IMG/VR virus record: IMGVR_UViG_3300044724_003561
DNA: 64,000 nt
Strand: one strand, 5' to 3'
Origin: an uncultured virus (IMG/VR IMGVR_UViG_3300044724_003561)
Taxonomy: Duplodnaviria > Heunggongvirae > Uroviricota > Caudoviricetes
The notes below the pieces were generated by a model. That model worked only from the letters and a program-made list of their open reading frames with translations, was not told the DNA's origin and ran no database searches. Below are positions 19,692-30,107 of the stretch, piece by piece (the first letter of the stretch is position 1; the number at the start of each line of letters is the position of its first letter). The position numbers and the translations under genes were made by a program.

Positions 19692-20423
19692 ATGAAAATA
19701 TTATTAACAGGTAGTGAAGGCTTCATAGGTCAACACTTAAATAAATTCTTAACAGATCAAAAACACGAAGTAATTTGTCTGGACAAAACAACAGGCAATG
19801 ATTTACTTTCTTGCGACTTAAAATATTCTGTAGATTTAGTTATACATCTCGCTGGTTTATCTGGTGTTAGAGATAGTTTAAATAAATCGGAAGAGTATTG
19901 GATACAAAATGTAATCGCAGGTCAAAGACTTTTTGATTTTTTCAAAGATACAAGAATCTTATACGCAAGTTCATCAACAGCACATGAACCTTGGAAAAAT
20001 CCATATGCAATGAGTAAATATGCTTTAGAGCGTATTGCTCCTGCAAACAGTATGGGTATGAGATTTACAACCGTGTATGGTCCTAATGCTAGAGAAACAA
20101 TGTTGATACCAAGAATATTACGAAATGATGTTCCTTATATCAACACAAATCATAGTAGAGATTTTATACACGTTGACGATTTAGTGAGAGGGATAGATAC
20201 TTTAATTAAATCAAATTTAAGAGGTGTAACAGATTTAGGTTCTGGTACTACAAACAATCTTGTAGAGTTAATTGATTACTTTGGAATTAACTGTAAACGT
20301 GTTGTGGGAGAACAAAACGAAAGATTGGATAACCTTGCTGATAATACACTACTAAATAAAATAGGTTGGTCACCTAAAATAAACTTATATGACTATATTA
20401 AGGAGAACAAACATGTTAACTGA
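19692..20423 (+). CDS. NAD-dependent epimerase/dehydratase
   Basis: TGSEGFIG, HLAG, YASSS, YAMSK (YxxxK), RFTTVYGP, RDFIHVDD. Confidence 0.92.
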   Translation: MKILLTGSEGFIGQHLNKFLTDQKHEVICLDKTTGNDLLSCDLKYSVDLVIHLAGLSGVRDSLNKSEEYWIQNVIAGQRLFDFFKDTRILYASSSTAHEPWKNPYAMSKYALERIAPANSMGMRFTTVYGPNARETMLIPRILRNDVPYINTNHSRDFIHVDDLVRGIDTLIKSNLRGVTDLGSGTTNNLVELIDYFGINCKRVVGEQNERLDNLADNTLLNKIGWSPKINLYDYIKENKHVN

Positions 20424-20901
20424 AGAATACTTAAAAGATCATTTTATAACTGCTCATTTTTGTGACAATGAAAGAAAAAACATTGAAATATTAATGACAA
20501 GCGAAGATAGGTCAGCAACTATACCATATTACATTCCTTTTGATGAAAAAGATGTTAAGTTTCAAGCGCTACAAACTGTTATGACTTTAGATCAATTGCA
20601 TGAGGCAACGTATCAAAAAAAGAAAAACGAAAGACGAGATTTTGAAAATGCGGTTTTAGAAATTGCAAAAAAAGATGGTCTAATAATGGACTCAAATAAG
20701 ATTGACACTAAATTTTATCCTAGAGTAGTAGAAGCTATTTTTGGTGATGAAGAAAATTTAGATCACGTTTTTGCTTTAAAACTTGCAATATTTGAGTTAG
20801 ACGCAATCAAGGATACTAAAAAAGAAGACTTAAAGAAAAAGTTAAGACAATCAAAAACTAAAACTGAAATTATAGCAACTGCTTGTGAGATACTATCTTA
20901 A
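20413..20901 (+). CDS. Hypothetical protein
   Basis: Start moved to ATG 20413 because SD AGGAG lies at 20401-20405. Confidence 0.7.
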   Translation: MLTEEYLKDHFITAHFCDNERKNIEILMTSEDRSATIPYYIPFDEKDVKFQALQTVMTLDQLHEATYQKKKNERRDFENAVLEIAKKDGLIMDSNKIDTKFYPRVVEAIFGDEENLDHVFALKLAIFELDAIKDTKKEDLKKKLRQSKTKTEIIATACEILS

Positions 20902-21459
20902 AAAATAGTCTGAATACCAACCAGTCCAACCTTTTTCCATAATATGTTGCATTTGACCGAGTGTAATTATACTATATGATAGAGGTTTATAATACATATA
21001 GTCTTTAATTGAAGGACATACTCTTTCATACGTTTTATATTCTGTATATTTCCAATACCATTCATCACTACCTCTGGTGTAGGTATCCACGTAGAAGGTG
21101 TCTTCTTTTTTAAATCTATCCCATATATAAGATACATCACCAGTCCATGAAACAATAGATGAATTTAAAGGTGTATGAGCAGTTTCTCTCCACCACGTAT
21201 CATCTAATAACGTAAAATCTTTTCTTACTAGATTAGGTAACTTGTTGTAGATAATCATATCTAAATCAAAATACAGGTTCTCCCCATCTCGGAACCTATC
21301 GTACATCTGAAATTTGTTAAACCAATTACCATATAGGTCGTCTTCTATAACTTCAAAACTATCATACTTTAGACCAGAGTATTCATCTATCATATGTTTT
21401 AAGTTATCAACGTGCCATTGAGTAAACTTATTACCAAATCTACAACAAATAATTCTCAT
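20893..21459 (-). CDS. Glycosyltransferase-like protein (GT-A fold)
   Basis: YFDLD DxD motif, WFNK, NSSIVSW. Confidence 0.7.
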   Translation of the reverse strand: MRIICCRFGNKFTQWHVDNLKHMIDEYSGLKYDSFEVIEDDLYGNWFNKFQMYDRFRDGENLYFDLDMIIYNKLPNLVRKDFTLLDDTWWRETAHTPLNSSIVSWTGDVSYIWDRFKKEDTFYVDTYTRGSDEWYWKYTEYKTYERVCPSIKDYMYYKPLSYSIITLGQMQHIMEKGWTGWYSDYFLR

Positions 21460-22159
21460 TTATCTTTCTTCCTACACCTGTAAAGTGTACTACTTTTAAT
21501 TTTTCGTTTACTTCTTTATCTAATATCATAAAGTCAGTATCAAACTTTTGCATATACATTTGATTTAGTTTTAAATTTTCATTGTATTCATCTGTATATT
21601 TCGCAATCCATTCACTAGGTGTTTTAGTTAGTTTTGCTTTATGTTCTAATATCTTCCACTTGACATAATTTTGTTCGCCATAATATTTCTTATGTACTGT
21701 TCCTTCGTTATAGAAATGTAATTGCCAGTATTCAGGATTAAGTGCAAAGTCATCCCATACAAATTTTAAACTACCTGATTTAAACTTATAGAAACCACCA
21801 TTGATACCTAGTTTGTTTTCCCACCATTGACCATATGTTATTAATTCATTATCTGATACAGGATGGCCTAGTAAATCATCTATGTTACTTACTATGAGTT
21901 GATCTATATCCATAATGATTATTTCATCACCTGGATTCTGATATGCAAATTGAGGACTAAAGAATTTTAGTTTATGCCAATGTTTTACTATATTACTATG
22001 ATGATTGTAAGGTAGGACTAAATCTGCTTTGACATCTGTATCACTTAAACATACAAACTCAAAGTCTATTGATGAGTGCTTACGTAAACTATCATGTAGT
22101 CTTTCAACGTAATCAGGTGTGTAGAAACCATCAAAGTATACCGTACATATTTTAAGCAT
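21440..22159 (-). CDS. Glycosyltransferase-like protein (GT-A fold)
   Basis: WHKLKFF, MDID DxD, NGG, GEQNY, VVHFTG; start set to MLKICTV. Confidence 0.75.
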   Translation of the reverse strand: MLKICTVYFDGFYTPDYVERLHDSLRKHSSIDFEFVCLSDTDVKADLVLPYNHHSNIVKHWHKLKFFSPQFAYQNPGDEIIIMDIDQLIVSNIDDLLGHPVSDNELITYGQWWENKLGINGGFYKFKSGSLKFVWDDFALNPEYWQLHFYNEGTVHKKYYGEQNYVKWKILEHKAKLTKTPSEWIAKYTDEYNENLKLNQMYMQKFDTDFMILDKEVNEKLKVVHFTGVGRKINENYLL

Positions 22160-23015
22160 TAAGCCTTCTCCACACAAGTTCAAAGTCTTTATTGATAGCG
22201 TGGCAGAGTATAGTTTTGTTAGGTATAAAACCTTGATGATATAAAAAATAATGCCACTTGTCATCTAACCATTGCATTGGCACATTGTTTTCCTCAATTT
22301 TAACTGAAAATAATGTTTCATTATCCCAACCAAAGTATTGTCTTACCTTGTCAGGAAATATATCACTACTCTTTTTTAATTCAGACATCATAGCTAAGTC
22401 GTTTTCAAAATTTGCAAAGTAATTTAGTTTTATTAAATGATCTTTATTAATACCTACAATACCTGTATTAATAACATCATTTCTAGGACTTAATCCTTTT
22501 TCTAACAACATTGCCTGAGCATTAAAATATTTTGATGATGGACTTCTTATTGTTTGTGATGTATTTGTAACTGAATCAATTTTTGTGATTTTATTATTAT
22601 TGTTTAATACTGCTATACCTTTTGTTAAATCCCATGCCTCAAAAAAGTTTTCGTTCTTCATAGGCACAACATCAAAATCTAAAAATAATATTTCATCATA
22701 CGTCATAGCTAGTTCATACATTAAATGTATCTTATAAAAATTTATTATATTATACATTGTAAGGTATGGATATTGTTTCTTTATATTTTCTGACCAAGAT
22801 ATAAACTTTGAATCATTTTCATATAAGATAAAATCAGCACCAATAGCGTCAGCATAGATTTGTTTACAAGCACACAAATCACCATAATGTTTTGCAAATT
22901 GTTGTTTACTTCTTATGTTCATAGGTGTATCACCTGTTTTTAAAATATTCTCATCAAAAATATCAATATCTTTTAAAGGTATATCAATATATAAACTATA
23001 AATTACTCTTTTCAT
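22152..23015 (-). CDS. Glycosyltransferase-like protein (GT-A fold)
   Basis: FYKI, FLDFDV DxD, INTG, DNETLF. Confidence 0.7.
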   Translation of the reverse strand: MKRVIYSLYIDIPLKDIDIFDENILKTGDTPMNIRSKQQFAKHYGDLCACKQIYADAIGADFILYENDSKFISWSENIKKQYPYLTMYNIINFYKIHLMYELAMTYDEILFLDFDVVPMKNENFFEAWDLTKGIAVLNNNNKITKIDSVTNTSQTIRSPSSKYFNAQAMLLEKGLSPRNDVINTGIVGINKDHLIKLNYFANFENDLAMMSELKKSSDIFPDKVRQYFGWDNETLFSVKIEENNVPMQWLDDKWHYFLYHQGFIPNKTILCHAINKDFELVWRRLNA

Positions 23016-23743
23016 AATATCTTTCCTATTATTGTAAATCTTGTTCCTCTTTCATCATTGATCTCATCTTCAACAAGTACTTCGGTGTTTGTAGGTAATT
23101 GTGTTTTAAATTCATCGCCATTGTTTACACAATTTATATGTGTATCAATATTGAACATGTCATTTGATTGAAAGGCAAAATGTGCTGTTTTTTTCATTCT
23201 TGTCCACCATGGAACTTTACGTGTAACAGGCACACCAAATTTTGAATTGAAATATAGTGATTTAGGTCCTATAGGTCCCCATTCAGACATTGGTCGCATA
23301 TGTTCACACGAAGTATTAATGAATAAATCTGTTTTCTCATATTCGTTTCTAAAATCTTTGAATATGTCATCTGATATAAAGGTAACATTTTCATAGTTGT
23401 AAAACAATTTATTTTTAGCAATCTTTATAACTCTATCGTCCATATCTATTGCTGTAATCTTTTTTACTCTAGGCGCCAATGCAGGTACTAGAATACTGCC
23501 AAACCAACAACCGAATATTGTTATTTCTGTTTGATCTGTTATTAAACCAAGTTTATCACAATGGTTTATAATATTCATTTTTGCATTAACTTGAGGACTA
23601 CTAAAAGAGTCTAGTATATTATACTCTAAATCAGGTTCTTCTTTTATTGTATAGATTATTTTTTCTAATAAATTATAATCTATATGATTGTTATGTAAAC
23701 TTAATATATTTTTTAAAAATTGTAACTGATCTCTTTCTATCAT
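23012..23743 (-). CDS. Class I SAM-dependent methyltransferase-like protein
   Basis: IFGCWFG motif I, AIDMD acidic motif, INTSCEHM. Confidence 0.7.
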   Translation of the reverse strand: MIERDQLQFLKNILSLHNNHIDYNLLEKIIYTIKEEPDLEYNILDSFSSPQVNAKMNIINHCDKLGLITDQTEITIFGCWFGSILVPALAPRVKKITAIDMDDRVIKIAKNKLFYNYENVTFISDDIFKDFRNEYEKTDLFINTSCEHMRPMSEWGPIGPKSLYFNSKFGVPVTRKVPWWTRMKKTAHFAFQSNDMFNIDTHINCVNNGDEFKTQLPTNTEVLVEDEINDERGTRFTIIGKIL

Positions 23744-26646
23744 TTTCTAATTATCCAATCGTTAATAACTAACATGTTCAATGCTGTTCTTTTGAAAGTT
23801 CTTAATGCGTGTTGAGGTGTTTCTACGATAGGTTCCTGACAATTAAAACTTGTATTCAATAACATCGGTATACCTGTAATTTTGTAAAACTCATTCACTA
23901 TCTTATAAAACTTCTCATTGTCTTTTATATTTATAGTCTGTATTCTAGCAGTATTATCAACGTGTGTAATGCCTGGTACTTTATCAGTTTTTACTTTACA
24001 TATCCTAGACATATAAGGACTAGGACCTCCTCTAGTATCAAAGTATTCTTGGTAATGTTCTTCTAATACTACAGGTGCAAATGGTCTAAAATCTTCTCTC
24101 ATTTTTATAGTGTGATTAATAATATTTTTTATATTAGGATTACGTGGGTCTGCAAGTATTGATCTATTACCTAATGCACGATTACCACTTTCTGATTTAC
24201 CTTGAAACCAACCTACGATAGCACCATCTGCTATTGCTTGTGCCACTTCTTTGTAATCTACTTTTTCTTCACCTATATAATCATACTCTTTACCAGCATA
24301 CAATTCTGATTTATGTATATTTTCATTTAAGACAAAATCAGCGTGTTGATATGCACCAATGGCTTGCCCCTCATCACCAACTGCAGGTGGTACAAATACA
24401 TTGTTATAATGTTTAGTAAATTCTTCATTCATATAACCATTGTATGCAACGCCACCTGCAATACATAAGTTATCACAAGTCTTTAATGGATATACATGTT
24501 CTTTTATTTTATCTAAAGTAAATCTTTGTAGTGTGTATGCTAAATCATCTACACCGTGCGTATCAACATCAATTTGCTTAAAGTGTTCTTGTTTCTTTTC
24601 AGTTATAGGACCATCAAGTATAACTTCAAAACATGTATAGTAATATCTACTAAACTTACCATATCCTACTTTACCCATAAGTTTACTTGCACCTAATGTA
24701 CCAAAACCTGTAAGACCAGACATATGATTCCATAACCAACCTATAGGTAGTTTATCCGATAGATCAATTAGGTTTTGTTCTTTATCAAAAAATACACATC
24801 TAAATTTAGAACCTATACCATCTATCGCAAGTATATCAGATTCTTCATAACCTGAATTAAGAAAGGCGTAGGCTGCGTGAGATTGATGATGGTCTATAAA
24901 ATAAAGATTATCTTTAAGATAATAATCCCATAAGTTTTTAGGGTCATAGTCAAATATTTCTTTTGGTAATATATTTCTACACATTCTAATACCACCAAGT
25001 GTGTAAGTAAATGCTAGAATACCATTTGTACCATCTCTTTTATTTTCGTGCCAATACTCTTTTACAAACTCGTTATTTAAACGATAGTCGCCTGGGTTTA
25101 GAATATCTGATTGATGAGCATATGCCTCAGCATGATAAGGTAGATTATGTTTAAATCTAGTTTCTCGTTCTCTTTGATTGTGCCATACGCCATCGTATGT
25201 ATTATGGTCGTGTAAATTTAATGCTATTGAATATATCTTTTTCACTCTTTTTTCCTTATTATATTTTTTCAATTCAGGAAAGACATCAAATAAGTTTGAT
25301 TCCCATTTAGTGCCTTTATAGTATTTATCAATTTTTAACAAGTAGTCTATTGTATCTAAATAAGACAGACCACCATTATCTTCTTTTAAAACATTCTGTA
25401 TATCAGGAAAGTTTTTATATTTGTCTATAAGTTTTTTCTTTAAATCATCTGGTAATACATTTGCACATAACTTTGCTGGTCCTCTTATATTAGACCAGTT
25501 GATCTGATTAAATAGTTTTTTGTTTTTATCAAACCATTCTATTAGTTGATAAAATCTTAATACACTTAAAAAGGATATTGTGCCATTGACATTTATTACA
25601 ACATTAGGGTATTGTTGTAGCGTTTTTATATTGTTAACTATATCTTCCCAATTCGATCTACGTCTAATATATTCATCTACCTTACCTATACCATCAAGCG
25701 ATACGGTAAATTCAAATAGTTTAAAATGTTTAATGTAGTCTGTAGTTTTATATTTGCCTTGTGTTAGAACAGACATATTAGTTTGAAATTTACAATATAT
25801 TTTATCAGTATGACCTGTCTTTACCATTGCGTCAAGTAATTGATAAAATTGTTTCATAACTAATGGTTCACCTCCAATCAATTTAAGATTGTAAATATAA
25901 GGTGCAAATTCAACTATCTGATCTATAATATCTTTTATGTGGCCTTTGAAAGAATTAACTTTAACATCATTACCGTGTCTGATAGTAGGATCATTTATAA
26001 CCGTTTGACCTTCTAACTCTTTTGAGTTCAATGTTGTAGTTCTTGTAGAAGAGTCGTAGGTATGGCACATATAACAATCTAAATTACATTCATTGCCAAA
26101 CGCTTTAACTTGTACTTCAAAAATTCTATGTTCTATATGACCTCTATCAGTATGTTTAAATGCCTCAACTGCCTCACGCATACCAGGCCATAGACCACGA
26201 TTTTGACTTTGTATTTTTAAAGAGGCCTGTCTTCTGGATCTGCCATATTGTTTTTCTTGGTTGATACACGATACACATGATTTTTTTGTCAACTCTAAAT
26301 CAGAACCAGGTGTTGTCATCTCTTTTCGTAATTGATTTAGTTTAGGATCGTTTTCAAACCAATCTCTTATAGATGTATCTCTTATATTAGGACCAAATTC
26401 TTCTGATTTAGCCCAAGAGCAAGGTGCATAATTACCTTGTATATCTGTAAATAACTGTTGAAAAGGAGCGCTACAAAAAAATATATCTTGGTTTTTGACT
26501 TGTTTTTCAAATGGTCCTACTTGACCATTCATGTGTGGATCTTCAAACCAACTAGATGTATCTAACTTACCTTCGCCTAGAAACTTATCTCCAGGACCAC
26601 CTTTAGTTAAGTGTTCTGGTAATTGGCTATCTTTCTGTTTTTTCAT
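23740..26646 (-). CDS. Radical SAM (twitch/SPASM) domain fused to a CmcH/NodU-family carbamoyltransferase
   Basis: N-half: CSAPF...APC, CNLDCYMC, GGEPL, SLDG. C-half: HDHN, DHHQSHAA, IDGIG, GGVAYN, GDEG, RALGNRSILADP, REDFRPFAP, HVDNTARIQT, LNTSFN. Confidence 0.9.
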   Translation of the reverse strand: MKKQKDSQLPEHLTKGGPGDKFLGEGKLDTSSWFEDPHMNGQVGPFEKQVKNQDIFFCSAPFQQLFTDIQGNYAPCSWAKSEEFGPNIRDTSIRDWFENDPKLNQLRKEMTTPGSDLELTKKSCVSCINQEKQYGRSRRQASLKIQSQNRGLWPGMREAVEAFKHTDRGHIEHRIFEVQVKAFGNECNLDCYMCHTYDSSTRTTTLNSKELEGQTVINDPTIRHGNDVKVNSFKGHIKDIIDQIVEFAPYIYNLKLIGGEPLVMKQFYQLLDAMVKTGHTDKIYCKFQTNMSVLTQGKYKTTDYIKHFKLFEFTVSLDGIGKVDEYIRRRSNWEDIVNNIKTLQQYPNVVINVNGTISFLSVLRFYQLIEWFDKNKKLFNQINWSNIRGPAKLCANVLPDDLKKKLIDKYKNFPDIQNVLKEDNGGLSYLDTIDYLLKIDKYYKGTKWESNLFDVFPELKKYNKEKRVKKIYSIALNLHDHNTYDGVWHNQRERETRFKHNLPYHAEAYAHQSDILNPGDYRLNNEFVKEYWHENKRDGTNGILAFTYTLGGIRMCRNILPKEIFDYDPKNLWDYYLKDNLYFIDHHQSHAAYAFLNSGYEESDILAIDGIGSKFRCVFFDKEQNLIDLSDKLPIGWLWNHMSGLTGFGTLGASKLMGKVGYGKFSRYYYTCFEVILDGPITEKKQEHFKQIDVDTHGVDDLAYTLQRFTLDKIKEHVYPLKTCDNLCIAGGVAYNGYMNEEFTKHYNNVFVPPAVGDEGQAIGAYQHADFVLNENIHKSELYAGKEYDYIGEEKVDYKEVAQAIADGAIVGWFQGKSESGNRALGNRSILADPRNPNIKNIINHTIKMREDFRPFAPVVLEEHYQEYFDTRGGPSPYMSRICKVKTDKVPGITHVDNTARIQTINIKDNEKFYKIVNEFYKITGIPMLLNTSFNCQEPIVETPQHALRTFKRTALNMLVINDWIIRK

Positions 26647-27217
26647 AAAATGGTAGTTCTAATTGTTCATATCTATCTGTAAGATTAATATCAAATGCGT
26701 TATGATATTTAATGTAATCATACGCTTGTTTAAATCCATTATATGCCTTTTCTGTTGAATTAACTCCTGGTTGTTCATACTCCGCACACAAGGGTAAATG
26801 TATTGTAGTTTGAAATCCTAATTTTGACCAATGTACAGCAGATATCTTTTTAGAATTAACAACACAACCACCAAAATTACAACCACCTATAATTATTTGC
26901 GTATTATTTAATTGTATATTCCAACCTAATTTTATCTGGATTATATTAAGTAATTCTCTAATAGAAGTATCAACTTTTTCAGTTAGAGCAATAGTTTTAA
27001 AACCAACAGTATGAGCCATTTTAAATAACTCCCTTAATTTGAGGGAATCCCTATTATTTGAAACAAAAACTATATTTTCTTTATCAATACCAGGATAAGG
27101 ATTACTTAAAAACTTTTGTATTTCTGAATATCTTGCATTATTTACATACTCATCACTCAATATAGGGTGACCTTCAAAATCAATTAGAATAACAATAGTT
27201 TTCTCTTTTCTACTCAT
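26627..27217 (-). CDS. Isochorismatase/cysteine-hydrolase-like protein
   Basis: VILIDFEG and IIIGGCNFGGCV resemble the cysteine-hydrolase Asp and G-x-x-x-x-x-CV motifs; start set by SD GAGGA. Confidence 0.45.
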   Translation of the reverse strand: MSRKEKTIVILIDFEGHPILSDEYVNNARYSEIQKFLSNPYPGIDKENIVFVSNNRDSLKLRELFKMAHTVGFKTIALTEKVDTSIRELLNIIQIKLGWNIQLNNTQIIIGGCNFGGCVVNSKKISAVHWSKLGFQTTIHLPLCAEYEQPGVNSTEKAYNGFKQAYDYIKYHNAFDINLTDRYEQLELPFYEKTER

Positions 27218-27893
27218 TGTCGTCCTCAAATGAAAAGATGTCCTCAAATGGTGGTTGAGTATCTTTTGCTAAACTTTCAGGTTTCATATTTTGCCATTTA
27301 TATAATTCTGATCTACCTATTGTTTGTATTAGATATGGCATGTACTTAATAAAATCAAAGTAATTTTTTGTATTAACTTTCCATTTTTCAACTTGTTTAG
27401 GAAAACAAATACAATAAGAAGTATCCCAACCTGCGTCTAATACTGCACCTGTAATTGTTTTTGCAATCATACCTACCTCTATAGACCAACTCTCTCTACC
27501 ACGAGGTATAAATGACTCATCGCCCATTTCCCATTTTGTTCCTGTTTTGGCACATTGTTCTTGTGCAAATTCATTACCTGGTGCAACTCTTGGTGTAAAT
27601 ATTAATGTCCAAGGTGCTGATGATATATGATATAAATTAGGATTTGCGTGATATTTTTCTCCTACATCTCCATCAAACTCTACTTTATTGTATTCACACA
27701 GGTCATATAACATCTTACTTCTTTCTTCATTAGGTCCTAGTACATATGCTTTGTAAGGAAATGCTTTTTGTTTTGATGTTGCAAGAGGATAACCTATTCT
27801 TAATATTTTCTCTATTTGTGATCTAGTAGGTATAATATCTTTTTTATAATTAACAACGTGGGCTCTTCTTTTTAATGAATCAGTTATACTCAT
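27210..27893 (-). CDS. Nitroreductase-family protein
   Basis: LKRRAHVVNY N-terminus, ATSKQ..FPY, SAPW, IEVGM, GWDTSYC. Confidence 0.7.
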   Translation of the reverse strand: MSITDSLKRRAHVVNYKKDIIPTRSQIEKILRIGYPLATSKQKAFPYKAYVLGPNEERSKMLYDLCEYNKVEFDGDVGEKYHANPNLYHISSAPWTLIFTPRVAPGNEFAQEQCAKTGTKWEMGDESFIPRGRESWSIEVGMIAKTITGAVLDAGWDTSYCICFPKQVEKWKVNTKNYFDFIKYMPYLIQTIGRSELYKWQNMKPESLAKDTQPPFEDIFSFEDDNE

Positions 27894-28738
27894 AATACAC
27901 TCGCATATTTTGATAATGGAAAATGACCTTTAGGTTCAACCCATTCCATACATGTTTTACAATAGTTCTCATATTTAAATAATCTAAAATTCATCATCTT
28001 ATCTATATTCTCCTGTGTTATGTCAAATGTTCTGGAGTGAATTGCGTTATTGGCAAACTTCTTACTACAATGTACAAGTTTTTTTGTTTCAAAATTGATA
28101 ACAGGTACCATAGGAAAAGCTGCACACATCTTACGATCTATTTCTGCAGCTTGTTCATGTACTGCTGTAACATCATCTTTATTAGGTGTTCTACCATTAA
28201 ATGATTTCCACATTGTGTTTTTATGATTTAACTTTTTCATTTCTTCAGGAAACCTATCTTTGTATTTAAAGTAATTAGGTGTTTTTACACATAGATTGTA
28301 ATTGTTATAATCATTGGGTTGTATGAAACCATAAGGTTCTAATCTATCTAAATTACCTAGTTTCTTAATACCGTCTTCGTAAAAATCTAATATGTTATGT
28401 TCAACATAAAGTATATCAGGATCTTTTAGTATATGTGGATATCTTTTACGTACAAAAGAGTTTGATAGTACTGAACATACGTGATTAGGTCTACTTTTAA
28501 CTTCAGCAATTACATCATCTAAATTTTTAATTAGTCCTGGCTCACCACCTAAAAGACAAACACGTATCTTATAATTTTTTAAATAGTCTAGTGTTTGTTT
28601 TAGGAAATCCATATCAACTGTTAAGTTTCTCATCTCTAAAGTATAACTTGTACAGTAATGGCAATCTTTATTACAAGACATAGACATAAAAAAATCTATG
28701 GCTAAATAATTCTGTTGTATTTCTTTTAACGTTATCAT
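27890..28738 (-). CDS. Radical SAM protein with C-terminal Cys-containing (twitch-like) region
   Basis: CNKDCHYC, LGGEP, C-terminal C...HC...CKTC. Confidence 0.88.
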   Translation of the reverse strand: MITLKEIQQNYLAIDFFMSMSCNKDCHYCTSYTLEMRNLTVDMDFLKQTLDYLKNYKIRVCLLGGEPGLIKNLDDVIAEVKSRPNHVCSVLSNSFVRKRYPHILKDPDILYVEHNILDFYEDGIKKLGNLDRLEPYGFIQPNDYNNYNLCVKTPNYFKYKDRFPEEMKKLNHKNTMWKSFNGRTPNKDDVTAVHEQAAEIDRKMCAAFPMVPVINFETKKLVHCSKKFANNAIHSRTFDITQENIDKMMNFRLFKYENYCKTCMEWVEPKGHFPLSKYASVL

Positions 28739-29055
28739 CTATTATCAAATTTAGTAAAAAATAATTTATTAAATGCTATTAGTAATTGTTCCTTTGCTAA
28801 TGTTTTAAATCTTGTTTGTTTAAATAAAAAGTCTTCTCTTTCATAAGCCTTTTCTATAAGATACTCGTAAATATCTTCATTGTGTTTTTCTACTAATGCT
28901 CTATCCAAAATTATATCATCACCAAACAACCACTTTGATCTCTTTACAAATTTAAGCAACCTTTGAGGTATCTTATCTGTTATATCAATCATATTATTGT
29001 TATCATCTACATAACAAAAACTAGTGACATTTGGGCTTATAATTATTTCATTCAT
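28735..29055 (-). CDS. Hypothetical protein
   Basis: 106 aa, ATGA-coupled on both sides. Confidence 0.7.
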   Translation of the reverse strand: MNEIIISPNVTSFCYVDDNNNMIDITDKIPQRLLKFVKRSKWLFGDDIILDRALVEKHNEDIYEYLIEKAYEREDFLFKQTRFKTLAKEQLLIAFNKLFFTKFDNR

Positions 29056-30107
29056 ATTGTTGCCATTATAATATTACACGTATTATCCACCTCATCATCT
29101 GTTAAATATGGATGAATAGGTAATGTTAATATTGTATCACATATTAACTTGGAATTCAAGCAATTATCTTTTCTATGTATATGTTTATTATATAATAGAT
29201 TTTCTGATATGGGTATAGGATAATGTACATTAGCGTTAAGTCTTTTCTTTAGTAAATCCCTTGTTTCTTTATTTTCTAATCTTATGACGTATTTGTGATA
29301 ACAATGATTTACAACCTCATCTACATGTGGTATGGTTACAGGTAAATTTTTTAAATTGTGATTATATCTTTTTGCAATTCTAAAACGTTTATCTTGCCAT
29401 TCGTGCATTTTGTCCATTCTATGACTAATAAACTCAGCATTGATTGCTAACATTTTAGAGTTATAACCTAATACATCACCGTTACCGTGTCTTCTTACTT
29501 TTTTTAAAAATTCTGCTTTACCTTTTTGATCTAATAAAATAGCACCACCACCTGATATACCTGCAACAGGTTTATTTGCATTGAAACTTAATGTTGCAAT
29601 GTCACCAAATGTACCTGCTTGTTGACCATTTCTACTTGCACCAAATGATTGACAAGCATCCTCTATTAGTGGGATATTCTTTTCTTCACAAAAGTTTTGT
29701 ATTTCTGTCATATCAGATATATTGCCAAACAAATGAGGATATACAATTGCTTTTGTTTTGTCTGAATACATACGTTTGATACTATCAATTGACATATGAT
29801 TTGTTTTTGGATCAACGTCACAAAATACAGTTGTTGCACCATTCATCGCTACACATGACGCTGAAGATATCCATGAGAAGTTTGTAACTAATACTTCATC
29901 ACCAGGTTTTATAGCATATGCCATGAGAGCATATTGTAAAGCGTCTGTACCACTAGCACACGCAATAACATATTTTCTATTGATAAGTTTTTGTATTTTC
30001 TTTTCTAAAAACTCAATGTTTCTTTCGTTTTCTTTTTGCATAACATTATCAAAAAGTTTTAAGTACTCATCTTTGTTTGCTAGATAATCTCTATCCCATC
30101 CTGTCAT
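29052..30107 (-). CDS. DegT/DnrJ/EryC1/StrS PLP-dependent sugar aminotransferase
   Basis: SGTDAL, GDEV, EDACQSFG, SFNANK (PLP lysine), LPIHP. Confidence 0.93.
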   Translation of the reverse strand: MTGWDRDYLANKDEYLKLFDNVMQKENERNIEFLEKKIQKLINRKYVIACASGTDALQYALMAYAIKPGDEVLVTNFSWISSASCVAMNGATTVFCDVDPKTNHMSIDSIKRMYSDKTKAIVYPHLFGNISDMTEIQNFCEEKNIPLIEDACQSFGASRNGQQAGTFGDIATLSFNANKPVAGISGGGAILLDQKGKAEFLKKVRRHGNGDVLGYNSKMLAINAEFISHRMDKMHEWQDKRFRIAKRYNHNLKNLPVTIPHVDEVVNHCYHKYVIRLENKETRDLLKKRLNANVHYPIPISENLLYNKHIHRKDNCLNSKLICDTILTLPIHPYLTDDEVDNTCNIIMATI

